A stretch of DNA of 64,000 nt from Desulfurivibrio sp. GTDB taxonomy: Bacteria > Desulfobacterota > Desulfobulbia > Desulfobulbales > Desulfurivibrionaceae. The DNA lies in assembly GCA_047921155.1 (NCBI GenBank), contig JBLRWU010000001.1:5362-69361 (forward strand), written 5' to 3'. A model generated the notes under the pieces. The model made no database searches. It saw nothing but the letters and a program-made list of their open reading frames with translations, and was not told the DNA's origin. This document shows, piece after piece, positions 17,931-27,936 of the stretch (position 1 is its first letter; every line of letters begins with the position of its first letter). Both the position numbers and the translations under genes were made by a program.

Positions 17931-19236
17931 TTTCAGCGGCAAAAGCGGCGACCTCGGCCAGAAGTTTCTCCTCGTCGATGGTGAGCAGGCGGCGATCCCG
18001 CATCACCAGGCGGCCGTCGATCAGGGAGTGGACCACGTCCGCCCCCCGGGCCGCGTAAACCAGTTGGGAAGGAAGATGATAGAGCGGGGTCAGGTGGGGC
18101 TGATGGAGATCGAGCACGATACAGTCGGCCTTTTTTCCCGGCTCCAGGCTGCCGATCCCGTCGCCCATGGCCAGCAGTTCCGCCCCGCCCCGGGTGGCCA
18201 GGTTAAGCACCGTGGCCGCGTCCATCACCGTGGGGTCCAGGTTGTGGACCTTGTGCAGTTTGGCGGCCATATCCATCTCGCCGAAGAGATCTACATCGTT
18301 GTTGCTGGCCGAGCCGTCGCTGCCCAGGCCCACGGTGACCCCGGCGGCCAGCAGCTCCGGCAAGGGCGCCACCCCTGAGGCCAGCTTCATGTTGCTTTCC
18401 GGGCAGTGGGCAACCTTAACCCCCCGCCGGGCCAAAAGCTCGATCTCCGCCGGCCCGAGCCAGACCCCGTGGGCCGCCACCGTCCGTTGATCCAGCACCC
18501 CCAGGGCTTCCAGGTGGGCCACCGGGTGTTTGCCGAACTGCTTGCGGCACCCCTGGACCTCGTCACGGGTTTCGGCCAAATGGATATGGTAGAGGGTATC
18601 GTGACGGCGGGCAAAGGTGTGGAGCCGCTGCAGCAGCTCCGGCGAACAGGTGTAAACCGCGTGGGGATCGACGGTGATCCTGACCCGCGGGTGATTCCTG
18701 TAGGTGGCCAACAGCTTCTCCAGATAAGCGAAACCGGCCTCCAGCTCCCCGTAACAGGGGGAGGGGAAGTCGTAGAGTACCTCGCCGATCCAGGCCCGCA
18801 TTCCGCTCTCCTCGGCCGCCCGGGCCACCTCGGCGGAAAAGAGATACATGTCGCAGAAGCTGGTGGTGCCGGAGCGGATCATCTCGGCCATGGAGAGCAG
18901 GGCCGAGCGGTAAACGATCTCGCCGGTCAGCTTGCCCTCGGCGGGGAAGATATGTTCGGTCAGCCAGGTCATCAGGGGCAGGTCGTCGGCCAGACCCCGA
19001 AAACAGCTCATCGCCGCATGGGTATGGGTATTGATCAGGCCGGGCATGATCAGGCCGTGGGGGGTATCCAGACGAGGGGCGGCGGGAAAGCGGCGCTCCA
19101 GTTCAGCCGTCGGACCCACCGCCACAATCCGGTCGCCCCGGATGGCCACCGCCCCCTCGGGCCACTGGCGACCCTCATCGTCCATGGTCAGCACCATGGC
19201 CCCGGTCAGCAAGAGATCAAGATCAGCTTCGCCCAT
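17914..19236 (-). CDS. Amidohydrolase, MTA/SAH/5'-deoxyadenosine deaminase family (MtaD/DadD-like)
   Basis: PGLINTHTH, FRGLADDLPLMTWL, PHAVY, HIHLAET, SNMKLASG, SDGSASNN. Start set at ATG 19236. Confidence 0.85.
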   Translation of the reverse strand: MGEADLDLLLTGAMVLTMDDEGRQWPEGAVAIRGDRIVAVGPTAELERRFPAAPRLDTPHGLIMPGLINTHTHAAMSCFRGLADDLPLMTWLTEHIFPAEGKLTGEIVYRSALLSMAEMIRSGTTSFCDMYLFSAEVARAAEESGMRAWIGEVLYDFPSPCYGELEAGFAYLEKLLATYRNHPRVRITVDPHAVYTCSPELLQRLHTFARRHDTLYHIHLAETRDEVQGCRKQFGKHPVAHLEALGVLDQRTVAAHGVWLGPAEIELLARRGVKVAHCPESNMKLASGVAPLPELLAAGVTVGLGSDGSASNNDVDLFGEMDMAAKLHKVHNLDPTVMDAATVLNLATRGGAELLAMGDGIGSLEPGKKADCIVLDLHQPHLTPLYHLPSQLVYAARGADVVHSLIDGRLVMRDRRLLTIDEEKLLAEVAAFAAEISPFG

Positions 19237-20062
19237 TGTGTAGAAACTCCAGCAACAGTTGTTCCAGCCGGGCGGCACAGGCCTCGCTTTCCCGAATGAT
19301 GTCGTCAATCAGGATGGGCTGAAAATTATCGGGGTCGTTGACATTGGAAACCACCGCCACCCCCAGCACCCGCATCCCGGCATGGCGGGCGACGACCACC
19401 TCCGGCACCGTGGACATCCCCACCGCGTCGGCCCCGCAGTGGCGGAGATAGCGGGTCTCCGCCGGGGTTTCCAGGCTGGGTCCGGGGATGGCTACATATA
19501 CCCCCTCGGCCACCCGCTCCAGATCAAGCCGCCGGGCGCACGCCCGAGCCCGGGCCAGCATCTCCCGGTCGTAGGCGGTGGAGAGATCGGGGAAACGCGG
19601 CCCCCAGGCGTCGATGTTGGGCCCGCGCAGGGGGTTGTCGGGAATAAAATTGAGATGATCGCTGATCAGCATCAGGGTGCCGGGGGCAAACTCGGGGTTG
19701 AGCCCCCCGGCGGCATTGGAGACCACCAGTTCTTGCGCCCCCAGCAGGGAGAGGACCCGAATCGGCAGGGTCAGGGTCCGGGCCGAGTAACCCTCATAGT
19801 AATGAAAACGCCCCTGCATAATCGCCACCCGTCGCCCCCGCAAGTTGCCGAAAAGCAGGTTGCCGTGATGGCCGGTCACCGTGGTCCGGGGAAAGTGGGG
19901 AATGGCATCGTAGGGCACCAGGAGCGGATCCTCGATCATCCCGGCCAGATGGCCCAAGCCGGTGCCCAGGACCAGGACCACCTCCGGTTCGGCGTGCAGC
20001 CGCTCGAGCAGGTACAGCCTGGCCTCCTCCACCTGCTCCTGAAAGCTCAATTCAGATGGCAT
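19223..20062 (-). CDS. Purine nucleoside phosphorylase (trimeric PNP/XapA type)
   Basis: GRFHYYEG, NAAGG, GPRFPD, GPSLETPAE, GMSTVPE. Start at ATG 20062. Confidence 0.92.
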   Translation of the reverse strand: MPSELSFQEQVEEARLYLLERLHAEPEVVLVLGTGLGHLAGMIEDPLLVPYDAIPHFPRTTVTGHHGNLLFGNLRGRRVAIMQGRFHYYEGYSARTLTLPIRVLSLLGAQELVVSNAAGGLNPEFAPGTLMLISDHLNFIPDNPLRGPNIDAWGPRFPDLSTAYDREMLARARACARRLDLERVAEGVYVAIPGPSLETPAETRYLRHCGADAVGMSTVPEVVVARHAGMRVLGVAVVSNVNDPDNFQPILIDDIIRESEACAARLEQLLLEFLHNGRS

Positions 20063-21440
20063 GGCGCTCGATAAAATCCCTGATAACCTTGGAATCGGCG
20101 GCCAGCACCTCACAGCGGCTCTCCATGCCGGCCAGTTGGGCCAGGGCCGGCGGCAACTCCGGCGGCCGGCCGGTCGCCGCCTCCACCGCCGCCCCGAACT
20201 TGGCGGGATGGGCGGTGGCCAGACAGACTAGGGGAATCCCCTCCCGCCGGCAGGCCAGCCCGGCGTAAACCCCCACGGCGGTGTGGGGATCAAGAAGATA
20301 GCCGTGCCGGTCCTGAAAATCACGGATGGTGGCCAGGGTGGCGGCCTCGTCGGCGCTGCGCGAGGCGAAATCGGCCTGGATCCGGGCCAGGCGCGGTCCG
20401 GTGAAGGAGAGTTTGCCGCCGGCGGCAAACTCCTCCATCTCCCGGCGGGTCGTGACCGGGTCTTCACCATTGAGGTAGTAGAGGTAACGCTCAAAGTTGC
20501 TGGCCAGCTGAATATCCATGCTGGGGCTGCTGGTGGGACGCACCCCGCTCACCGAGTAATCACCCGCCAGCACGAAACGGGTGAGCAAGTTATTCTCGTT
20601 GGTGGCTAAAATCAGTTGCCCGATCCGGGCTCCCAGCAGGCGACGGGCCACAAAGCCGGCGAAGATATCGCCGAAGTTCCCGGTGGGTACCGCGAAATCC
20701 ACCGGGGTCTCTTGGTCGTCCCCCAACTGCAGGGCCGCGTAAACGTAGTAAACCACCTGGGCCACGATCCGGGCCCAGTTGATGGAGTTGATCGCCCCCA
20801 GTTGATGCTTCTCCTTGAAGGGGATATCGTTGAAAAGTTTCTTGACGATGGCCTGGCCGTCGTCAAAGGTTCCCTTGACCGCGATATTGAAGACATTGGC
20901 ATCCAGCACCGTGGTCATCTGCCGTTCCTGGATCGGACTGACCCGCTGGTGGGGGTGGAGGATAAAGATATTGATCCGCTCCTTGCCCCGAACCCCGTAA
21001 ATGGCGGCACTGCCGGTATCCCCCGAGGTAGCCCCCACGATATTCATCCGCCCGCCGGAGGCGGTAAGCAGGTATTCAAAAATATTACCCAGCAACTGCA
21101 GGGCCACATCCTTGAAGGCCAGGGTCGGACCGTGGAACAGCTCGAGAATATGGCACCGGCCATGGTGGACCAGGGGGGTGATCGCAGGATCGGCGAAGCT
21201 GGCGTAGGAACGTTTGACCAGCCGTTCAAGGTCACCGGGGGGGATATCATCGATAAAGAGGCCCAGGACCGCACAGGCCAGCTCGGGATAGCTCAGGCCG
21301 CGCCAGCGTTGGATGGTGTCGGCATCGACGGTGGGCAGCCGCTCCGGCAGCAACAGGCCGCCATCGGTGGCCAGGCCCATCATCACCGCCTCGGTGAAGG
21401 GAATGGGGGCGATCCCGCCCCGGGTGGAGATATAGCGCAT
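20052..21440 (-). CDS. thrC: Threonine synthase
   Basis: MRYISTRG, ELFHGPTLAFKD, ATSGDTG, NSINWAR, PTGNFG, TAHPAKF. Confidence 0.96.
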   Translation of the reverse strand: MRYISTRGGIAPIPFTEAVMMGLATDGGLLLPERLPTVDADTIQRWRGLSYPELACAVLGLFIDDIPPGDLERLVKRSYASFADPAITPLVHHGRCHILELFHGPTLAFKDVALQLLGNIFEYLLTASGGRMNIVGATSGDTGSAAIYGVRGKERINIFILHPHQRVSPIQERQMTTVLDANVFNIAVKGTFDDGQAIVKKLFNDIPFKEKHQLGAINSINWARIVAQVVYYVYAALQLGDDQETPVDFAVPTGNFGDIFAGFVARRLLGARIGQLILATNENNLLTRFVLAGDYSVSGVRPTSSPSMDIQLASNFERYLYYLNGEDPVTTRREMEEFAAGGKLSFTGPRLARIQADFASRSADEAATLATIRDFQDRHGYLLDPHTAVGVYAGLACRREGIPLVCLATAHPAKFGAAVEAATGRPPELPPALAQLAGMESRCEVLAADSKVIRDFIERHAI

Positions 21441-21499
21441 AATCGGATTCCTTGGCTTTTTTAATGGTAGCTGTCCTACTGGTAGCAACCAATAACTGT

Positions 21500-23092
21500 T
21501 CAGTCAAGCAGCAGGCTGATGCCGTCCATCTCCGGCGGCACCGGTAACCCCATCAGCTTGAGGATGGTCGGAGCCAGGCCGGTCAGGGTGCCGTCGCTCC
21601 GCAAGCGGTGGGAACCAGGGACGGCCTGGCGGTCGATCAGCAGCAGGGGCACCGGGTTACAGGTATGGGCGGTCATCGGGCCGCTGCTTTGGGTGCTGAT
21701 CATCTCCTCGGCATTACCGTGATCGGCGGTGATCAGCACCACCCCTCCGGCGGCGGTAAACGCCTCCACCACCCGGCCGATGCAATGATCCACCGCTTCA
21801 CAGGCCTTGATCGCCGCCGGCAGAATCCCGCTGTGGCCCACCATGTCGCCGTTGGCGAAATTAAGGATCACCAGGGAATAGGGGATCTCCGGTCCGGAAT
21901 CTCCTCCCCCCCCCAGCCGGCGCAACAGCTCCTCGGTGACCTCGGGGGCGCTCATCTCCGGCTTGAGGTCGTAGGTGGCGACCTGGCGGGCCGAAGGGAT
22001 CAGGGCCCGCTCCTCCCCGGGGAAGGGCTCCTCGCGACCACCGTTGAAGAAGTAGGTCACATGGGCGTATTTTTCGGTTTCGGCGATCCGTAGCTGCCTG
22101 AGCCCGTGGCGACTGACCTCCTCCCCCAGGATCCGCTCCAGGGTCTGGGGGGGGAAGGCCACCGGCAGATCGAAATCCTTTTCATAACGGGTCATGGTGG
22201 CCAGGGTACCCAGGCGGGGCCGGCGGGGCCGGGTAAAACCGCTGAAATCGTCCCGACTTAAGGCGCTGACCAACTGGCGAGCCCGGTCGGCCCGGAAATT
22301 GAAGAAGATCACCCCGTCGCCATCCTGCAACGGAGCCACGGGGGTGCCGTCGGCCCGTCGGATCACGGTGGGCTTGATAAACTCGTCGTTTTCTCCACGC
22401 CCGTAGGCCTCCCGTACCGCCGCCAGGGGATCGGCGGCGTTCATTTCCGCCCGGCCGTCCACCACCGCCTGCCAGGCCATCTCCACCCGCTCCCAGCGTT
22501 TGTCGCGATCCATGGCATAGTAGCGACCGCAAACCGTGGCCACCCGGCCGAGCTTGAGGCGAGCCATGGCCGCAACCAGTGCTTCCATATAACCCAGACC
22601 GCTCCGGGGCGGGGTATCGCGACCGTCCATGAAAGGATGAACAAAAACCCGCTCGATGCCCCGGCGGGCCGCCAGCTCCAGCAGGGCGATGAGGTGGTCG
22701 ATATGGCTGTGGACCCCGCCGTCGGAGAGCAGGCCCATCAGGTGGAGGGCCGAACCCCGCTTTTGCACCTGGTCCATCACGGCGATCAGGGTCGGATTGG
22801 CAAAAAGATCACCGTCCCGCACCGCCAGGCTGATCCTGGTGAAATCCTGATAGACGGTGCGCCCGGCCCCGATATTGAGATGGCCCACCTCGGAGTTGCC
22901 CATCTGCCCCCTGGGCAGACCCACCGCCCCGTTGTGGGCGATCAGGGTGGTAAAGGGGTATTCCCGCCGCCAGCGATCCATATTGGGAGTGGCGGCCAGA
23001 TGGACGGCGTTGCCGGGCCCCGGCGACGCTTCCCCCCAGCCATCAAGAATCGCCAGCAGTACCGGCCGCACTTTACCCTTCATCGGAATCAT
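21500..23092 (-). CDS. gpmI: 2,3-bisphosphoglycerate-independent phosphoglycerate mutase
   Basis: ILDGWG, MGNSEVGH, SDGGVHSH, RYYAMDRD, ETEKYAHVT, DMVGH, ADHGN. Confidence 0.97.
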   Translation of the reverse strand: MIPMKGKVRPVLLAILDGWGEASPGPGNAVHLAATPNMDRWRREYPFTTLIAHNGAVGLPRGQMGNSEVGHLNIGAGRTVYQDFTRISLAVRDGDLFANPTLIAVMDQVQKRGSALHLMGLLSDGGVHSHIDHLIALLELAARRGIERVFVHPFMDGRDTPPRSGLGYMEALVAAMARLKLGRVATVCGRYYAMDRDKRWERVEMAWQAVVDGRAEMNAADPLAAVREAYGRGENDEFIKPTVIRRADGTPVAPLQDGDGVIFFNFRADRARQLVSALSRDDFSGFTRPRRPRLGTLATMTRYEKDFDLPVAFPPQTLERILGEEVSRHGLRQLRIAETEKYAHVTYFFNGGREEPFPGEERALIPSARQVATYDLKPEMSAPEVTEELLRRLGGGGDSGPEIPYSLVILNFANGDMVGHSGILPAAIKACEAVDHCIGRVVEAFTAAGGVVLITADHGNAEEMISTQSSGPMTAHTCNPVPLLLIDRQAVPGSHRLRSDGTLTGLAPTILKLMGLPVPPEMDGISLLLD

Positions 23093-23468
23093 CCTGCAGG
23101 CTCACCCTGACGGCATCATGCCAGAGACCGTCCAGATCGTAAAATTCCCGTAGATCACGGTAAAAAATATGGATCACCAGATCGTTGAAATCGAGCAACA
23201 CCCAATGCCCTTCGGCCAACCCCTCGGTATCGCCGATTTTCAGGCGTTTGGGCGAAAGAGCCTCATCCACCGCCTTGGCCAGGCTCTGGACATGGCGGGT
23301 GGAGCGGCCGCTTAAAATCAGCAGATAATCGGTGTAGGAGGAGATCCCCCGGACATCGAGAAGCACCGGGTTCTCCGCCTGTTTGTCCAGAGCGGCCCCG
23401 ACGGCAAGCCGGGCCAGCTCCAGTCCCGAAAGCTCCTTCAACTCTGCGGCAACTGCCTTAATATGCAT
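23073..23468 (-). CDS. rsfS: Ribosome silencing factor RsfS (Iojap)
   Basis: DKQAE...LDV...TDY...SGRSTRHV...WVLLD...VIHIF...REFYDLDGLW. Start at ATG 23468. Confidence 0.93.
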   Translation of the reverse strand: MHIKAVAAELKELSGLELARLAVGAALDKQAENPVLLDVRGISSYTDYLLILSGRSTRHVQSLAKAVDEALSPKRLKIGDTEGLAEGHWVLLDFNDLVIHIFYRDLREFYDLDGLWHDAVRVSLQDDSDEG

Positions 23469-23593
23469 TTCATGGTCCCTAATTGACTGAAAATCACCAG
23501 GATCGGCGAGATTGCGCCCAAAGGGTCGCATCATATATCGCCACCGCCCCGGATGCAACCGGGAATCCCCCTGGCGCCGAGCAAAAGTGCGCT

Positions 23594-23622
23594 TTGACTT
23601 CCGCAAGATGTGGAGGTATAAT
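23594..23622 (+). promoter_or_regulatory. Near-consensus sigma-70 promoter of secDF
   Basis: TTGACT-17 bp-TATAAT. Confidence 0.75.
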
Positions 23623-23696
23623 CACCGGTCTTCATTAACGCCCTCCCGTAACGGTGTTGCGGATAAAGGAAAAATTCCCGTTAAACAGGAGTATCC

Positions 23697-26306
23697 ATGC
23701 AAAGCTCGTTGAAATGGAAAATCGGCCTGCTCTTCTTTATGATCATCTTTTCTCTGGTCACCGTGCTGCCGTCACTGTCGGTTTCGGTGCCCGATTGGTG
23801 GAAGAAGTATCTGGCCCCGGAGGGCGTGCGCCTGGGACTGGACCTGCAGGGCGGCATGCATCTGGTGTTACAGGTCGATATCGACCGGGCCATCGCCAAC
23901 TCCCTGGACCTGGCCGCCGAGGAGCTGCGAGAAACCATGCGGGAGCAGCAGATCACCCTGGTTCGGGCCCGCACCACCGATCCCAAGACCGCCGTCTTCA
24001 CCCTGCCCAATATCGGGGCGCTCCAGGCCGTACAGAACAAAGTGAGCGAAGATTTCCCCAACCTGGAGATGCGGACCGAGAGTGAAGAGGGCACCTTTCC
24101 CCGCATCTTCCTTAAGCTTGACGAAGAACAGCTCGATTTTATTGAAAAAAATGCAGTCCGCCAGTCACTGGAGATTATCCGCAACCGGATCGACCAGTTC
24201 GGGGTGGCGGAGCCGGTAATCGTGCGTCAGGGCGTTGATGAGATTGTGGTCCAGCTGCCCGGGGTAAAGGATCCGGAACGGGCCATCGACCTGATCGGCC
24301 AGACCGCCCAGTTGGAGTTCAAGCTGGTGGATGATTCCCAGGCGGTCAATCTGGAACAACTGATCAACCAGGCCGTGGAGGCCGGACAGTGGCAGTGGGG
24401 TGAGGATCGGCGGCAGTTGAACCAGGCCCTGCGGGGAATGCTGCCCGAAGATCGGGAGATCTATTTCCATCGCATCGTTGATCGCCAGACCGGCCAGGAA
24501 CGCCGGGAGGCCATCCTGCTCTACACCACCTCCCTGATGACCGGCGAGATGGTCCGCGACGCCCGGGTCCGGGTGGGCGGCACCTTCAATGAACCTTACG
24601 TCAGCCTGGATCTGACCAACCGGGGTGGTCGGGTTTTCGGTCAGATCACCGAACGCAACGTGGGCCGCCAGTTAGCCATCGTCCTTGATGAAGTGGTCCG
24701 TTCAGCCCCGGTGATCCGGGAGCGAATTCTAGGCGGCAGCGCCCAGATCTCCGGGGGCTTCAGGCATGAAGAGGCCGCCGACCTGGCCATTGTTTTGCGG
24801 GTGGGCGCCCTGCCCGCCCCGGTGGAGATTATCCAGAACCTGACGGTGGGGGCCTCTCTGGGCCGTGATTCAATTCAGCGAGGGCTGGTCTCCGGCCTCT
24901 TCGGGGCCTTGCTGGTTTCGATGTTCATGGTGATCTACTACCGGCTCTCCGGGGTGATCGCCAACGCCGCCATGGCTTTAAACATCCTCTTTATCTTCAC
25001 CGGCCTGGCGATGATGCAGGCCACCCTGACCCTGCCCGGGATCGCCGGAATCATTCTGGCCATCGGTATGGCGGTGGATGCCAACGTCCTGATCTTCGAA
25101 CGGATGCGGGAAGAGTTCGCCCTGGGCAAAACCGTCAAATCGGGAGTTGAGGGAGGATACAGCAACGCGCTGTCCACCATTGTCGACTCCCAGGTCACCA
25201 CCCTGATCACCGCCCTGGCCCTCTTTCTCTTCGGCACCGGGCCGATCAAGGGTTTTGCCGTCACCCTCTCCCTGGGGGTCACCTTCAACCTGTTCACCAC
25301 CCTCTTCGGCACCAAGCTGGTCTACGACTTTCTCCACGCCAAACGGCTGCTGGGTGAAATTCGCTTTCTCAGCATACTGAGCAACCCCCGCCTCGACTTC
25401 ATGCGCCTGCGCCGGATCGCCTTCGGACTTTCCGGAGTGCTGCTGCTGATCGGAGCCGTGGCCATGGTGGAAGTGGTCCGGGGCACCGCCAACCTCGGGG
25501 TTGATTTTGCCGGCGGCACCATGGCCCAGTACCGGGCCGAACAACCCTTCAACCTGGCCGAGGTGCGCAACGCCCTGAACCGGGCCGGCCTGGAAAGCGC
25601 CCAGCCCCAGCACGTGGAGGGGGAAAACCGGTTGATCGTGCGGATCAAGGAGGACCGGGCCGTGGTTGGCGAGATCACCGCCACCGTCACCGCCGCTCTG
25701 CATGAACATCTGTCCGATAAGGGATTCGAGCTGGAAAGCCAATCAGAGATCGGTTCGGCGATCAGCGAAACCCTCCGCAACAAGGCGCTGCAGGCGATCC
25801 TGATCGCTCTCTTGGGGGTAATTATCTATCTCGCCCTGCGCTTCGATCTCCGCTTCGGCATGGCGGCAGCGGCGGCGACCTTCCATGATGTTCTGGTGGT
25901 GCTGGGGATCTGCTGGCTGCTCAATATCGAGATCACCCTGCTGATCGTCACCGCCCTGCTGACTCTGGCCGGCTATTCATTGAATGACTCGGTGGTGGTT
26001 TTCGACCGCATCCGGGAAAATCTCAGGAAAAGACCCCTGGAGGCGATGAAGGACGTGATCAACCGCAGCATTAACGATATCATGAGCCGGACCATCATCA
26101 CCTCGATGACCACCGCCCTGGTGCTGGTTTCCCTGCTGATGTTCGGCGGTTCGGTGATCAACGACTTCTCCTTGACCCTGTTGCTGGGGATTATTGTCGG
26201 CACCTTCTCTTCGATCTTTGTGGCCAGCCCCCTGCTGATGCTGTTGCCGGGCGGCGACCAGCGGCCTGACCGGGCGGAACCGCAGGGAGACGGGGCCCAG
26301 CTCTAA
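23697..26306 (+). CDS. secDF: Fused protein translocase subunit SecDF
   Basis: LGLDLQGG, RIDQFGVAEP, VDANVLIFER (SecD part); GVDFAGG, GYSLNDSVVVFDRIRE (SecF part). Confidence 0.96.
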   Translation: MQSSLKWKIGLLFFMIIFSLVTVLPSLSVSVPDWWKKYLAPEGVRLGLDLQGGMHLVLQVDIDRAIANSLDLAAEELRETMREQQITLVRARTTDPKTAVFTLPNIGALQAVQNKVSEDFPNLEMRTESEEGTFPRIFLKLDEEQLDFIEKNAVRQSLEIIRNRIDQFGVAEPVIVRQGVDEIVVQLPGVKDPERAIDLIGQTAQLEFKLVDDSQAVNLEQLINQAVEAGQWQWGEDRRQLNQALRGMLPEDREIYFHRIVDRQTGQERREAILLYTTSLMTGEMVRDARVRVGGTFNEPYVSLDLTNRGGRVFGQITERNVGRQLAIVLDEVVRSAPVIRERILGGSAQISGGFRHEEAADLAIVLRVGALPAPVEIIQNLTVGASLGRDSIQRGLVSGLFGALLVSMFMVIYYRLSGVIANAAMALNILFIFTGLAMMQATLTLPGIAGIILAIGMAVDANVLIFERMREEFALGKTVKSGVEGGYSNALSTIVDSQVTTLITALALFLFGTGPIKGFAVTLSLGVTFNLFTTLFGTKLVYDFLHAKRLLGEIRFLSILSNPRLDFMRLRRIAFGLSGVLLLIGAVAMVEVVRGTANLGVDFAGGTMAQYRAEQPFNLAEVRNALNRAGLESAQPQHVEGENRLIVRIKEDRAVVGEITATVTAALHEHLSDKGFELESQSEIGSAISETLRNKALQAILIALLGVIIYLALRFDLRFGMAAAAATFHDVLVVLGICWLLNIEITLLIVTALLTLAGYSLNDSVVVFDRIRENLRKRPLEAMKDVINRSINDIMSRTIITSMTTALVLVSLLMFGGSVINDFSLTLLLGIIVGTFSSIFVASPLLMLLPGGDQRPDRAEPQGDGAQL

Positions 26307-26338
26307 GGAGCGCAACGGAAATTCCAAGGAGTGAACCG

Positions 26339-27064
26339 ATGAGTATTAAACCACCGGCGGACCAGGTCCAGCCCTTGGGGTCCGAGGAGTCTTTCTCTTT
26401 CGACTGCGGGCCGGAACTGAGCTGTTTCACTGAATGCTGCCGGTCCCTGGATCTGGTCCTGACCCCCTACGACGTGCTGCGCCTGCGGCGGAAACTGGGG
26501 CTCAGTTCGGCTGAATTCCTCGAGCGCTACACAGTGGTGGAGGAGCGCGAGGATGAGGCTTTTCCCCTGGTCTTTCTGGCCATGGTGGATGACGGTCGGG
26601 CCAGTTGCCCCTTTGTCGCCACCTCCGGTTGCACGGTTTACCAGGATCGACCCGCCGCCTGCCGGGCCTACCCGCTGGGCCGGGGTTTACGCCTCACCGG
26701 TTGCGGCGGCCGTAAGGCCCAGGAACTGTTCGTGCTGGTGCGGGAACCCCACTGTCGGGGGTTTGAGGCGGAGGGGAAGCAGGATGCGGCGGCCTGGATG
26801 AACGACCAGGGGCTGTCCCCCTACAACCGGGTCAGCGACGCTTTGCTCACCCTGCTGCGCCACCCCAAAATTCAGCAGGGCTGGCGCCCCAGCCCGAGCC
26901 AAAAGGAGCAGTACCTGCAAACCCTTTACCAGCTCGAAGGGTTTCGGGAACTGTTGCTCTCCGGTGATGGCGGACCCCGATCGGCGGCGGAGTTGACCAC
27001 CCTCGATGAGATCGAACAGCTGCTGGTCGCCATCGACTGGCTCCACCGGACATACAAGCTTTAA
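26339..27064 (+). CDS. YkgJ/FliB-like cysteine-cluster protein
   Basis: CxxxxxCxxxCC, CPF, CxVYxDRPxxCRxYP. Confidence 0.85.
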   Translation: MSIKPPADQVQPLGSEESFSFDCGPELSCFTECCRSLDLVLTPYDVLRLRRKLGLSSAEFLERYTVVEEREDEAFPLVFLAMVDDGRASCPFVATSGCTVYQDRPAACRAYPLGRGLRLTGCGGRKAQELFVLVREPHCRGFEAEGKQDAAAWMNDQGLSPYNRVSDALLTLLRHPKIQQGWRPSPSQKEQYLQTLYQLEGFRELLLSGDGGPRSAAELTTLDEIEQLLVAIDWLHRTYKL

Positions 27065-27099
27065 GGCCGAACAAGGCCTTATTTCAAGGAGACGTGGAT

Positions 27100-27927
27100 A
27101 TGAAAAGAGCGGTCAGGGCCATCGTAATCACCGGCTACGGGACCAACTGCGAGGTGGAGATGGCCCAGGCCTGCAAGCTGGGCGGCGCCGACCAGGTTGA
27201 TATCGTCCATATGAGCGAATTGCTCCACGGCGAATATCGCTTGGATGACTACCACCTGCTCAATCTGCCCGGCGGTTTTCTGGACGGCGACGACCTGGGG
27301 GCCGGCCAGGCCGGAGCCCACCGCCTGCGCCACGCCACGGTAAAACCCGGAGGGGAGCCGATCCGCGACCAGCTTTACCGCTTTATCGAAGCGGGCAAGT
27401 TGATCATCGGGGTCTGCAACGGTTTTCAGTTGATGGTCAAGATGGGACTGCTGCCCGGTTTCGACCAACGCTACGACCGTCGGCTGGTCAGCCTGACCCA
27501 TAACGACTCCAGCCGCTTCGAGGATCGCTGGGTCCACCTGCGGGTTGATCCGGAGAGTCCCTGCGTTTTCACCAAGGGGATTGAGCAACTTTATCTGCCG
27601 GTGCGCCACGGCGAAGGCAAGTTCGTCACCGCCGGCGAGACGGTCCTCAACCTGTTGGAAGAGAACCACCTGATCGCCATGCGCTACGCCGATCCCCAGA
27701 CCGGCAAAGCGACCATGCGCTATCCCTTGAACCCCAACGGCTCACCGGACGGAATCGCCGGAATCTGTGACCCCAGCGGTCGCCTCTTTGGCCTGATGCC
27801 CCACCCGGAAGCCTTCCTCCATCGGGTCAACCACCCGCGTTGGACCAGGGAGCAGTTGCCGGAGGAGGGCCAGGGGGTGACGCTTTTCCGCAACGGGATC
27901 GATTTCATCCGAGCAAACGTGCTGTAA
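27100..27927 (+). CDS. purQ: FGAM synthase glutaminase subunit
   Basis: GTNCE, PGGFLDGDDLG, GVCNGFQ, HGEG, NPNGS, MPHPE. Confidence 0.95.
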   Translation: MKRAVRAIVITGYGTNCEVEMAQACKLGGADQVDIVHMSELLHGEYRLDDYHLLNLPGGFLDGDDLGAGQAGAHRLRHATVKPGGEPIRDQLYRFIEAGKLIIGVCNGFQLMVKMGLLPGFDQRYDRRLVSLTHNDSSRFEDRWVHLRVDPESPCVFTKGIEQLYLPVRHGEGKFVTAGETVLNLLEENHLIAMRYADPQTGKATMRYPLNPNGSPDGIAGICDPSGRLFGLMPHPEAFLHRVNHPRWTREQLPEEGQGVTLFRNGIDFIRANVL

Positions 27928-27936
27928 GCGGAAGCA

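Noticed and set aside
21492-21503. ATAACTGTTCAG, similar to the element terminus
   Set aside because: It overlaps the gpmI stop codon and has no partner end or internal motifs, so chance is likely.
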